Origin: Terriglobales bacterium
Lineage (GTDB): Bacteria > Acidobacteriota > Terriglobia > Terriglobales > Acidobacteriaceae
Reading direction: 5' to 3'
Assembly: GCA_038229415.1 (NCBI GenBank)
Contig: JBBROM010000004.1
Location: forward strand, 210,343 to 274,342
Length of the DNA: 64,000 nucleotides
Position numbers and translations under genes: made by a program. The notes under the pieces were generated by a model. That model searched no databases. It was not told where the DNA came from and saw only the letters and a program-made list of their open reading frames with translations. This document shows positions 1 through 8,359 of the stretch, in pieces; position 1 is the stretch's first letter, and every line of letters starts with the position of its first letter.

Positions 1-1
1 C

Positions 2-907
2 GTGTCGCGTGAAATCGCAGCCAGTCTGGTGCATGAGCTCGAGTTACTCGGCGCGCCTTATAATGCATGGGTGCTGGAAGAGGTGGAGCGGCGTCCGCTG
101 ACCCACTTCCCTGCCATCATCGGCGAAGATATGGAGACCAGCCAAGTGAGCATTTTCTGCGCGCGGGCGCAGATGAATGAGTTGAAGTCGCGTATGGAGA
201 TGACGGCGATTGTCAATCGTCGCCGGATGCGGCACGCGCACATGGTCAACATCAACAAGCAGATCATGCTGGAAGGTATGCGCGCCGACTTTGCCAAGGT
301 AGACCGGATCAGTGCGAAGCTGATGAGCATTGTGACGAAGGCGGAGAAGATTCGCGCGACTACGGCGGCTGGCACTGACATTGTTGCCGACATGAACCAT
401 AACTATAAGTGGATCAAGACCAGCGGCCTGATTTCGCCCGAGAAGTGGGGCAACTTACCCGGCGGCGAGATCTTTACCAGCCCAGGTGAAGTGAATGGCA
501 CATTTGTAATTGATGGCGTGGTCGGCGATTATCTTTGTGCTAAGTTTGGCGACCTCAAGGACTATCCGCTAACTGTGCAGGTCAAGGGTAACCGGCTGAC
601 CGAAGCTCATTCTATTAACAAAGCGCTGGAAGAAGATTTCTGGAAGTACACCCACATTGACGAAAACTCCGACCGTGTGGGCGAGTTCGCCATCGGCACA
701 AACATTGGGCTGACTAACATCATCGGCGAGATTTTGCAGGATGAGAAGTTCCCGGGGATTCATATGGCATTTGGGAATCCGTATGGCGAGCATACGGGAG
801 CCGAGTGGTACTCCTCGACGCACATTGATGTGGTAGGCCGCCAGTTTGATATCTGGGCGGATGATGTGCAGTTGATGGAAAAGGGCAAGTTTTTGTTTGA
901 GGCGTGA
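2..907 (+). CDS. M29-family (AmpS/PepS-like) aminopeptidase, 5' end cut by the window edge
   Basis: The ORF is open from the window edge to TGA at 905-907. The translation carries M29-type blocks (GGEIFTSPGEVNGTFVIDG, EFAIGTNIG, STHIDVV). Confidence 0.8.
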   Translation: MSREIAASLVHELELLGAPYNAWVLEEVERRPLTHFPAIIGEDMETSQVSIFCARAQMNELKSRMEMTAIVNRRRMRHAHMVNINKQIMLEGMRADFAKVDRISAKLMSIVTKAEKIRATTAAGTDIVADMNHNYKWIKTSGLISPEKWGNLPGGEIFTSPGEVNGTFVIDGVVGDYLCAKFGDLKDYPLTVQVKGNRLTEAHSINKALEEDFWKYTHIDENSDRVGEFAIGTNIGLTNIIGEILQDEKFPGIHMAFGNPYGEHTGAEWYSSTHIDVVGRQFDIWADDVQLMEKGKFLFEA

Positions 908-935
908 GGGTATGTTGTCTGTTGGAAGCGAAAGA

Positions 936-962
936 CCCCGCCCAAGCGGAGCTTGGACGGGG
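936..962 (-). terminator. Terminator-like hairpin between convergent genes, member of the CCCCGYCC...GGGCGGGG family
   Basis: ccccgcccaagc-gga-gcttggacgggg. On the minus-strand RNA the single non-Watson-Crick position is a G-U wobble and the hairpin is followed by a T-rich tail (tctttcgctt). On the plus strand the same position is a C-A mismatch. Confidence 0.5.
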
Positions 963-1125
963 CACCCGACTGGAATCCTCGCTCTACCGTTCGTGCTGCA
1001 ACCCGGGTACCCCGATGAACGAGCCCTACGGGCTGCAGAATAAAGATCGGCCCGCACCCAGCGCTTTCGCGCTGGGCTAGTTTAGAGCACCGCCGCTTCG
1101 CGGCTAAGATGCAAAGTGGAAGCGA

Positions 1126-2491
1126 CTACTGCGGGGTCACCTTGAATACTGTTCCGAAGCTGCTCGGGGTGCCACCAGCGTATGTCACTCCGTAGTAGTT
1201 GCCAGCCGAGTCCCGAGCGAGCGAATTCTGCGGGTAGCATCCCTCGCTGGCTCCGGTAAACGAGTGCAGAACACTATAAGTCCACGAGCCACCGACGACA
1301 GCGGGCTGCGCCAACTGGTACACCACACCGCAGCCGCTGTTAGTTGTGTTCGAGTGCGTGGTACCGTAGAAATTGCTAGTAACGGGGTCGAGGGCGAGGC
1401 CCGTCGGAAAAGCGCCGTCAGATATTCCAAAAAATATGCTCAAGGTTTGGAATGACCACGTAGTCTGCCCAACTGCGGGAGGAGTGAGACGATAGATTGT
1501 ACCGTTTCCGTTGCCGATGCCTCCCGATCCTGTTGTGCCGAAAAGATTGCCGTTCTTGTCAAGGATTAGTTCACTAGAAGGGTAAGCGCCATTTGGTGAT
1601 ACGAATCGGTAAAGTACGCTCTCCGCCCAAGTTGTCCCGGAAGCTGGAGGTGTAAGTTCGAACGCGATACCACCAAATCCATTGCCCAGACTGTAAAGTG
1701 TGCTGCCATAAATATTGCCCGCAGCATCGACGGTCACCGTAGTATGGGGAATATCCATCACCGGAGCCACCAAAGCTATATAAAACTGTTTCCGAAAAGT
1801 TGCTGCCTAGCGATTGCACCTTAAAGACCGTCCCAGAATTCGATCCTTGAACCGGGTTATAGCTTCCGCCATAAACGGTAGTACCGTAAACCACACCCTT
1901 AGAATCAACCGTCAACTTTGCCGCTGGATAATACCCATCTCTGGTACCACCTTTGAAGGTGTGCATGATGCGATAGCTCCAGGTGCCACCGGACACTGCT
2001 GGCGGCTTCAACTTAAAAACGGTGCCGCATCCGCCACCGCAGGCAGTCGACGCAGCACTCTGCGATGTAGTGCCGTAAAGGTTTCCACCTTTATCAATGG
2101 CAAGCCCGCCCAGCGGAAATTCGCCGTCGGCTCCGCCAGCGAAGCTATGGAGAATGGTTTCCGTCCACGCGCCACCCGATGTCGCTGGTGGGGAAAGCTG
2201 GAATACAGTACCCATCTGACCCGCACCTCCGTTCGAAGTTGCTCCATAGAGGTTGCCGCTGGTATCCATAACAAGCGGCCCAACGGGGGTTCGCCCGTCG
2301 GGGAGCAGGCCGAAGTTGTACAGGTTGGTGAACGTCTGGGCTGCGGCGGGGACGGTTGCCATGCTCATCGCCACGATCGCGGCGAAGAAGATTGCTAAGA
2401 CGGCTCGTCCGGTTAAGCCGGAGTTCTTTTTACTGATCTTCGCGGGCATCGCGGACGAAGCCGGACACAACATCGTATCGGCGGGGTTCAT
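1126..2491 (-). pseudogene. Secreted choice-of-anchor tandem-repeat (GloVer-type) protein, reading frame broken by a 1-nt shift
   Basis: Two overlapping ORFs (1574-2491 and 1126-1773) carry the same ~45-aa repeat (..GG..G.YP...L..D..GNLYGTT..GG..G.GTVF+L.PP). The N-terminus has a signal peptide. The frame changes at a C4 run (minus strand; gggg at 1746-1749 on plus). Confidence 0.75.
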
Positions 2492-2642
2492 AGGGACTCC
2501 TTACAACTTTGGATTGCTTGCACAGCATCCCCGGGGAGGGTATGCAAGAAGCATAGCCCGCGCGGGTCGGACGCGCAATACCGGATCGGCGTCCAAGAAC
2601 TTTACCTCGGGGGCTGAAGCCCGCGCTGCTACGCTGCGAAGT

Positions 2643-2748
2643 GCAGGGCTGGAAGCCCTGCTCCACCCAAAAACAAGAACCGCAGCGGCTGAAGCCGGAT
2701 TTGTTTGGGCCGTCTTGACGCAGGGCTGGAAGCCCTGCTCCACCCAAA
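2643..2748. repeat. Perfect 29-nt direct repeat (2643-2671 and 2720-2748), each copy containing a small hairpin
   Basis: gcagggctggaagccctgctccacccaaa occurs twice, 77 nt apart, with internal stem cagggct/agccctg. A degenerate third copy (gggctggaagcctg) lies near 2877. Confidence 0.9.
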
Positions 2749-2786
2749 TGCCAACCCCTATGCTCGATGCGCGGGAGTTGAGGCGG

Positions 2787-2867
2787 GGTAGGGGTCCTTC
2801 GACTGCGCGGGGGAGATTCGCAATGCGAATCTCCCCCGCTCCGCTCAGGATGACAACGGGGGGGTTG
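2787..2867. repeat. REP-like element, copy A (second copy at 42807-42879)
   Basis: ggtaggggtccttcgact.cgcgg..gag.ttcgc..tgcgaatctc..ccgctccgctcaggatgaca plus a G-run. It contains a 13-bp perfect hairpin, gggggagattcgc/gcgaatctccccc. Confidence 0.85.
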
Positions 2868-3126
2868 CCTGACGTGGGGCTGGAAGCCTGACCCGGCGCT
2901 CACGTGCCGGGCTTTCGTCTGACGTCCCGCTTGGCGGGACTGGGGGGTGGTGGGGTTTGCCCGCCTGTGGAGATCAAGAGGTGTGAATGCCTTCTGGTTC
3001 CTTCCTCCCACCCTAACGGCGCGAAAAGCACGCGCCGCGAGGGTGGGGCACCAGCGGGAAAGGTGATTGGGAAAGCTGACGACGACCTGCGGGTCGGCGC
3101 GCACCATCTCTTCTGTCGTCCTTTTC

Positions 3127-3295
3127 AGGACTCGTACCTCAGGCTCGAACGAACCCGGCGCTAGAAGCGCCGGGCCTAAATCTATGCGTCCCTTGCGGGA
3201 CGCTTGCTGTGCGGGCTTTACTGTCCTTGGAGGACTTTGTACCTCAGGCCCGAGTCGCCCTTGCGGGACGCTTGCTGTTCGAGCTTTAAGCTCCT
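3127..3295. repeat. Degenerate tandem duplication of a hairpin-bearing unit
   Basis: The unit starts aggact(c/tt)gtacctcaggc(t/c)cga at 3127 and 3231. Both units contain cccttgcgggacgcttgctgt (3190-3210 and 3258-3278). The first unit has an extra ~40 nt with hairpin cccggcgct-agaa-gcgccggg. Confidence 0.8.
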
Positions 3296-3326
3296 CACAT
3301 TGCACTACTGTGATTAAATCTTTCAC

Positions 3327-4538
3327 ATGATCCTTAGTTATCGCGCTGCCTTCAACGCTGCCTGGATGCCTGCCAAGTATGCCGAGTTTTTGCACTCCAT
3401 TGGAACGACCTCTGGCGCGCCGGTGGATTTTCGGCTGTCGGAGTCGCCGATCTTTTTGCCGCACTCGTTGACGAATCGTTTTGCGGAGGCGGCGAAGGAT
3501 CTCATCCTGCAACTGATGACGCCGGAGTATCACAAGCTGTCGGACTCGACGATTCCGCCGGAGTTTCTGGTGCCGAACGAGTCGCCGATTCCCATGTTTT
3601 GCCAGGTGGATTTTGGCATTGTGCGCGGTGAGGATGGTTCGCTCCAACCCAAGCTGGTGGAGATGCAGGCCTTCCCTTCTCTGTATGCGTTTCAGCCGTT
3701 TCTGGCGCAGCAATACATCGAAACCTACGAACTTGACCGCAGCCTGGAATACCTGATGAGCGGGCTAAACTTCGCGCAGTATGTGGAGATTCTGCGCAAT
3801 GCGATTGTTGCTGGGCATAATCCGGAGAACGTGGTGCTGCTGGAAATTGATCCGCTGCAACAGAAGACGCTGTGCGACTTTATTTTGACACGGCAGTTAC
3901 TGGGCATACCGGTGGTGAACATTCGTGAGGTGAAGCAGTCGGGCCGCGAGATTTATTATGAGGCGGGGACGCGGCGGATTCCGATTCATCGCATTTACAA
4001 TCGTGCGATTGTGGATGAGCTGCAACGCAAGCAAGTGCCGCTGCAATTCAAAATGACGGGCGATCTCGACGTGGAATGGGCCGGGCATCCTAACTGGTTC
4101 TTCCGCATCAGTAAATTTTCTACGCCCTACCTGAAGCATGACGCCGCACCGCGAACGATCTTTCTCGATCAGGTCGAGAAAGAACTTGGTGGTATTCCCG
4201 ACGAGCGGGAATTACAAAATTATGTGCTTAAGCCGCTGTTCTCGTTTGCCGGACTCGGCGTCGTAGTCGGCCCGAAACCGAGTGACATCACGGCGATTCC
4301 CGAGGACAAGCGCAAGGACTACATTCTGCAAGAGCGGCTCGATTTCGTCCCAGTCATGGAGACGCCGCACGGCCCGACCAAGGCCGAGTTGCGCATGATG
4401 TTCGTGTGGGATCGGACGCCTGAGCCGGTTTGTACCTGCATTATTGTGCGCACGGGGCGCGGCCTGCAAATGGGTGTGGACTTCAACAAGAACATGGAGT
4501 GGGTGGGGGCATCGGCGGCGTTGCACCCGGCGGAGTAG
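3327..4538 (+). CDS. Conserved hypothetical protein with ATP-grasp-like motifs (function uncertain)
   Basis: 403-aa ORF with non-repetitive composition. Blocks KLVEMQAFPS, YVLKPLFSFAGLGVVVG and AELRMMFVW resemble ATP-grasp nucleotide and metal-binding strands. Start choice is uncertain (alternative Met at codon 14). Confidence 0.6.
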   Translation: MILSYRAAFNAAWMPAKYAEFLHSIGTTSGAPVDFRLSESPIFLPHSLTNRFAEAAKDLILQLMTPEYHKLSDSTIPPEFLVPNESPIPMFCQVDFGIVRGEDGSLQPKLVEMQAFPSLYAFQPFLAQQYIETYELDRSLEYLMSGLNFAQYVEILRNAIVAGHNPENVVLLEIDPLQQKTLCDFILTRQLLGIPVVNIREVKQSGREIYYEAGTRRIPIHRIYNRAIVDELQRKQVPLQFKMTGDLDVEWAGHPNWFFRISKFSTPYLKHDAAPRTIFLDQVEKELGGIPDERELQNYVLKPLFSFAGLGVVVGPKPSDITAIPEDKRKDYILQERLDFVPVMETPHGPTKAELRMMFVWDRTPEPVCTCIIVRTGRGLQMGVDFNKNMEWVGASAALHPAE

Positions 4539-4607
4539 GATCGGCGAAGAGGCGAAGTCGGACAGCGAGGCAACCTGCGCCGCAGTTGCGCCATCGCATT
4601 AAAGGAT

Positions 4608-5480
4608 ATGGAAGGTATGCAGCAGCGCATTCTAATTCGCCGCCGTTTCGCCGCAGTGCTGGCTGTAGCGATTTTCTCGCTGGCGCTGCTGCTAACCCAC
4701 GTGCGCGCGCAAGAATCTGCTCCCGAGCGGGGCGCCGGAGTTATGGTGGTAGATTCGCAGGCGGAAGCGGACCTGCTTCGGCTGGTGAATCGCGAGCGCC
4801 AAAGTCGTGGTATCGCGCCACTGCAGTTCGATGCCCGACTTACAGAAGCCGCGCGCATTCATTCGAGAATCATGGCCAGTCACGGCGATATTGCACATCT
4901 TTATCCGGGCGAAGCTGATCTGATGGAGCGATTCAGTGTGCAGGACTTACGGCTTGATGCGGCGGGCGAGAACGTTGCGTTGAACGACTCCGCTGCGGGC
5001 ACGCATGATGCGTTGATGCATTCGCCGCGGCACCGTGAAAATATCCTTAGCCCAACCTACAACGCGCTCGGCATTGGCATTATTCGCGCGGGCAGCAGGA
5101 TTTACGTTACGCAAGACTTCGCTCGCCGCTATGAAGACGTGTCCGTCGAGCGCGCAGAGCAACAAGTCGGCGAGAGTCTGAATCAGTTGCGACGGGCCCA
5201 CGGGTTGACAGCTCTTACCTTGACCGACACCACCGACCTGCTGCGCGATCACTCCTGCCAAATGGCGGCTTCTGGGCGCCTTAGTTCGAAACGTCCATTG
5301 GGGTTAGGATTTTTTCGCTATTTCGTCACGGCAAGTACCTTCCAGCCATCTCAACTTTCCAATGCTGCCATCCAGTCTGCGCTTGATGGCAGGGTGGAGC
5401 GTTACTCGGTGGGAATTTGCGCGTCGGCGCCGAGCCATGCAGCGGGCGGCTCGCTGTGGATGAGTCTCATTCTTTATTAA
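4608..5480 (+). CDS. Secreted CAP (SCP/PR1, YkwD-like) domain protein
   Basis: N-terminal hydrophobic signal sequence. CAP-domain blocks: NRERQSRGIAPLQFDARLTEAARIHSRIMA and HSPRHRENILSPTYNALGIGI. Confidence 0.8.
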   Translation: MEGMQQRILIRRRFAAVLAVAIFSLALLLTHVRAQESAPERGAGVMVVDSQAEADLLRLVNRERQSRGIAPLQFDARLTEAARIHSRIMASHGDIAHLYPGEADLMERFSVQDLRLDAAGENVALNDSAAGTHDALMHSPRHRENILSPTYNALGIGIIRAGSRIYVTQDFARRYEDVSVERAEQQVGESLNQLRRAHGLTALTLTDTTDLLRDHSCQMAASGRLSSKRPLGLGFFRYFVTASTFQPSQLSNAAIQSALDGRVERYSVGICASAPSHAAGGSLWMSLILY

Positions 5481-5664
5481 GTGTCCTACCGTGTTAGTTA
5501 CCAGTTGCAGCCTTAACCCTGCGGGTGTACGCTTCTTGTGAATTGGCCAGCCGTTGCTGGCTTGCCGGTCGCTCCCCTCCCCCGATTGTGAGCTGAACCG
5601 GAGTGTGCTTCGCAGAACCGCTCGCGCAACTTAGCCCGCACGATGCCGCCCAAGGAGGGGTTCC

Positions 5665-8157
5665 ATGTTCACGTCACCGCGTGTCAAATACCTTATTGTT
5701 CTGCTCGCCGCCAGCCTTCTGCCGGTTACATTGCAAGCTCGCGATTCCTACCTCTTCGACAAGCTGGTGCTCGACACCGGCTCTCAGCCTACGGCCATAG
5801 CGGTGGGCGACTTCAATCGCGACGGACGGCTCGATATTGTGACCGCGAATCAGCTCGGCAATAATGTTTCGGTGCTACTCGGCAAGGCCGACGGCACCTT
5901 CGTCACGAAGAAGGATTACGCCGTGGGGGCCGGGCCTTCCTCTGTAACAGTTGGCGACTTCAACGGCGACGGCATTCTCGATATCGCGGTCACGAATGCG
6001 ACCGCAAACACGGTATCTATTTTGCTGGGCAATGGTGCGGGGGGCTTCAAGACTCATGCCGACTTTGCGGTTGGTTCAAGGCCGGAGTCGGTCGCCATCG
6101 CAGACTTGAATGGCGACGGCAAGCTTGATCTGGTCACGTCCAACTCCGCCGCGAACACGATTTCCGTGCTGCTGGGGACTGGCACGGGCAGCTTCGGCGC
6201 GCACACTGATTTCGCCACTGGCACGCAGCCAAAGTCCGTGACACTGGGGGACTTCAATGGCGACCACAAACTCGACGCAGCGGTAGCCAACCGTTCGTCG
6301 AACACGGTGTCGGTACTACTGGGCAACGGCAGCGGCGGCTTTGGCGCGAAGACTGACTTCACTGCGGGCACGCATCCCGTTTCAGTTGCGGTTGGCGATA
6401 TGAATCGTGATGGCAAGCAGGACATTATGGTCGCGCAGGATTATGGAAAGAATCAGATTTCCAATGCCGGCGTATTACTCGGCAAGGATGACGGAACCTT
6501 CCAGCCGATTGTGCAGTACGCGATCGGGTCTTCGCCGAGTCAGGTGATCGTCGCGGACTTGAACGGCGACGGAATTCCTGATGTGGTGACAACGGCCAAG
6601 AACGCCACGTCCACCATCTTTCTTCTCACTGGTGGAGTCTCGGTGCTGCTCGGCAAGGGTGATGGCACCTTCGGAACGCAGCTCCCTTACGCCACTGGCA
6701 CTGGATGTGCCGCAGTGGCGTCTGGTGATATCAACCGCGACGGCCTGATGGATCTCATCGCTGCCAATCCCATGGACAATTCGGCGACGGTATTGCTCGG
6801 CGTGGGCGGCGGCAAGTTCACCAGCACTTCTGTGATTTCAAGCACGGTCTCGTCGGGCATCGGCCATGGCGACTTTAATCACGACACCCTGCCCGACCTG
6901 GTTACTGTGGACGGCCTATCCACATTGAGCGTGTTCACAAATAATGGCGCGGGATCGTTCTTTGGCGGAGTAAATTATGCCGCAGGAGAGACTCCGGCTC
7001 AACTTGCAGTGGGCGATTTTAATGGCGATGGGAACCCTGACGTTGCAGTGCTTGACGCCAACGGAAACAACGTGGGCAGCGTGATGATTTTTCTGGGCAA
7101 TATAGACGGCAGCCTGACCGCTCACGCCACCTACAGCACTGGAGAGGTTCCGGAAGCGATCGTGGCGGCCGACTTCAATCAGGATGGAATTCTCGATCTC
7201 GCCTTTACCAATCTCGACAGCTTTAATCTTGAGGTCATGTTCGGCAACGGAGATGGGACGTTCCAGAATCCGGTGAAGTACCCGGTGAAGAATGGAGTCC
7301 AGCCTGTCGGCCTGGTCGCAGTTGACTTGAACAACGACCATTTTCCCGACCTTGCATTCAGCCTCAACTTCGAGCCTTACATTTCTGTGCTGTTGAACGA
7401 TGGCACCGGACACTTCGGCCCCGAAGTCCACTACACGACGGTTGAGGGGTACTCCATCGCGGCTGGCGACGTGAATCAGGATGGCAACATGGATCTGATG
7501 CTTGGCACTAACGGAGACAGCAAAATTTCGTTGCTTCTTGGCAACGGTGACGGAACCTTTCAACCACAGCAGAAGCTGGACTACGGCGGCCAAGCTAGCG
7601 TCAGCGATATCAAAGTTGCAGACATGGATGGCGATGGCATCCAGGACATCGCCGTCGGTGTAGCCGATTTCTTCACCGTCCTGCGGGGCAACGGCGATGG
7701 CACGTTCAAGACCCACGACGACTTCTTTATGCCGCGACCCAGCGTTGTCGGCATAACCGTCGCTGATCTCACCACCATCGGCGCACTGGACGCTGCGTTG
7801 GGAGGCTCGGATGGCACTATGATCTTGCGCAATCCGCCCGTCATCGCGCTCGATCCGAATCCACTGAGCTTTGCGGCGCAAACCGTGGGCACCACCAGTG
7901 GCGCGAAGACAGTGACTGTTTCCAGTTCCGGCGTGGCTAGTTTGGCGATCCGCAGCATCGCGCTGGGAGGCGTTAATGCAGGTGACTTCACACTCACCAA
8001 CAACTGTGCGGGCGCTACGATCACGGGCGGAGCGGCGTGCGCCATCACTTTGCGGTTCACGCCGCAAGCGACGGGTGCACGAGCTGCGATGGTGCAGATC
8101 AGCACAGCCGCACAGACTGCGCCTTACGTGGTGAGCGTCACCGGCAGCGGCAAGTAG
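5665..8157 (+). CDS. Secreted FG-GAP/VCBS repeat protein with a C-terminal choice-of-anchor-D-like Ig domain
   Basis: RBS aaggagggg upstream of ATG and a signal peptide. More than 10 repeats of GDFNGDGKLD....N.VSVLLGNG.G.F. The C-terminus (PNPLSFAAQTVGTTSGAKTVTV...GDFTLTNNC...GAACAITLRFTP) is typical of choice-of-anchor D. Confidence 0.9.
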   Translation: MFTSPRVKYLIVLLAASLLPVTLQARDSYLFDKLVLDTGSQPTAIAVGDFNRDGRLDIVTANQLGNNVSVLLGKADGTFVTKKDYAVGAGPSSVTVGDFNGDGILDIAVTNATANTVSILLGNGAGGFKTHADFAVGSRPESVAIADLNGDGKLDLVTSNSAANTISVLLGTGTGSFGAHTDFATGTQPKSVTLGDFNGDHKLDAAVANRSSNTVSVLLGNGSGGFGAKTDFTAGTHPVSVAVGDMNRDGKQDIMVAQDYGKNQISNAGVLLGKDDGTFQPIVQYAIGSSPSQVIVADLNGDGIPDVVTTAKNATSTIFLLTGGVSVLLGKGDGTFGTQLPYATGTGCAAVASGDINRDGLMDLIAANPMDNSATVLLGVGGGKFTSTSVISSTVSSGIGHGDFNHDTLPDLVTVDGLSTLSVFTNNGAGSFFGGVNYAAGETPAQLAVGDFNGDGNPDVAVLDANGNNVGSVMIFLGNIDGSLTAHATYSTGEVPEAIVAADFNQDGILDLAFTNLDSFNLEVMFGNGDGTFQNPVKYPVKNGVQPVGLVAVDLNNDHFPDLAFSLNFEPYISVLLNDGTGHFGPEVHYTTVEGYSIAAGDVNQDGNMDLMLGTNGDSKISLLLGNGDGTFQPQQKLDYGGQASVSDIKVADMDGDGIQDIAVGVADFFTVLRGNGDGTFKTHDDFFMPRPSVVGITVADLTTIGALDAALGGSDGTMILRNPPVIALDPNPLSFAAQTVGTTSGAKTVTVSSSGVASLAIRSIALGGVNAGDFTLTNNCAGATITGGAACAITLRFTPQATGARAAMVQISTAAQTAPYVVSVTGSGK

Positions 8158-8359
8158 CAGAAGGGATAAAACCGCGCGGGTGCCTCACTCTTGTCCGCTG
8201 TCCGCGTTCTTTTGCGGATAGGGTGGGGTCTTTGCTTGCTGTAGGCGCAGCCCTCTCGCCAATCCAGGCCTAATCGGACTATCCTGAATGGTTGGCGTAC
8301 GCTGGCTGAAGCCGATGGCCGCTGCATTCTATTTCTGCAATTTCCTGAAGGAGACTTTC

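Noticed and set aside
2492-3326. CRISPR array
   Set aside because: The repeats are of several different kinds, irregularly spaced, and only two or three copies each. No cas genes are in the window.
2430-3713. 427-aa ORF on the minus strand
   Set aside because: Its translation is Arg/Gln/Pro-rich low complexity. It spans the REP-element nest and runs antisense into the well-supported 3327-4538 gene. It has no recognisable family and is an artefact of GC-rich repeats.
6916-8067. Long antisense ORFs (this one, and also 43471-44646, 58242-59417, 62505-63527, 8279-9118 and 31517-32335)
   Set aside because: Each lies fully inside, and opposite to, a gene with strong family signatures (FG-GAP, BNR, TonB-dependent-receptor-like, gltD, S46). 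Their translations are compositionally biased and lack motifs.
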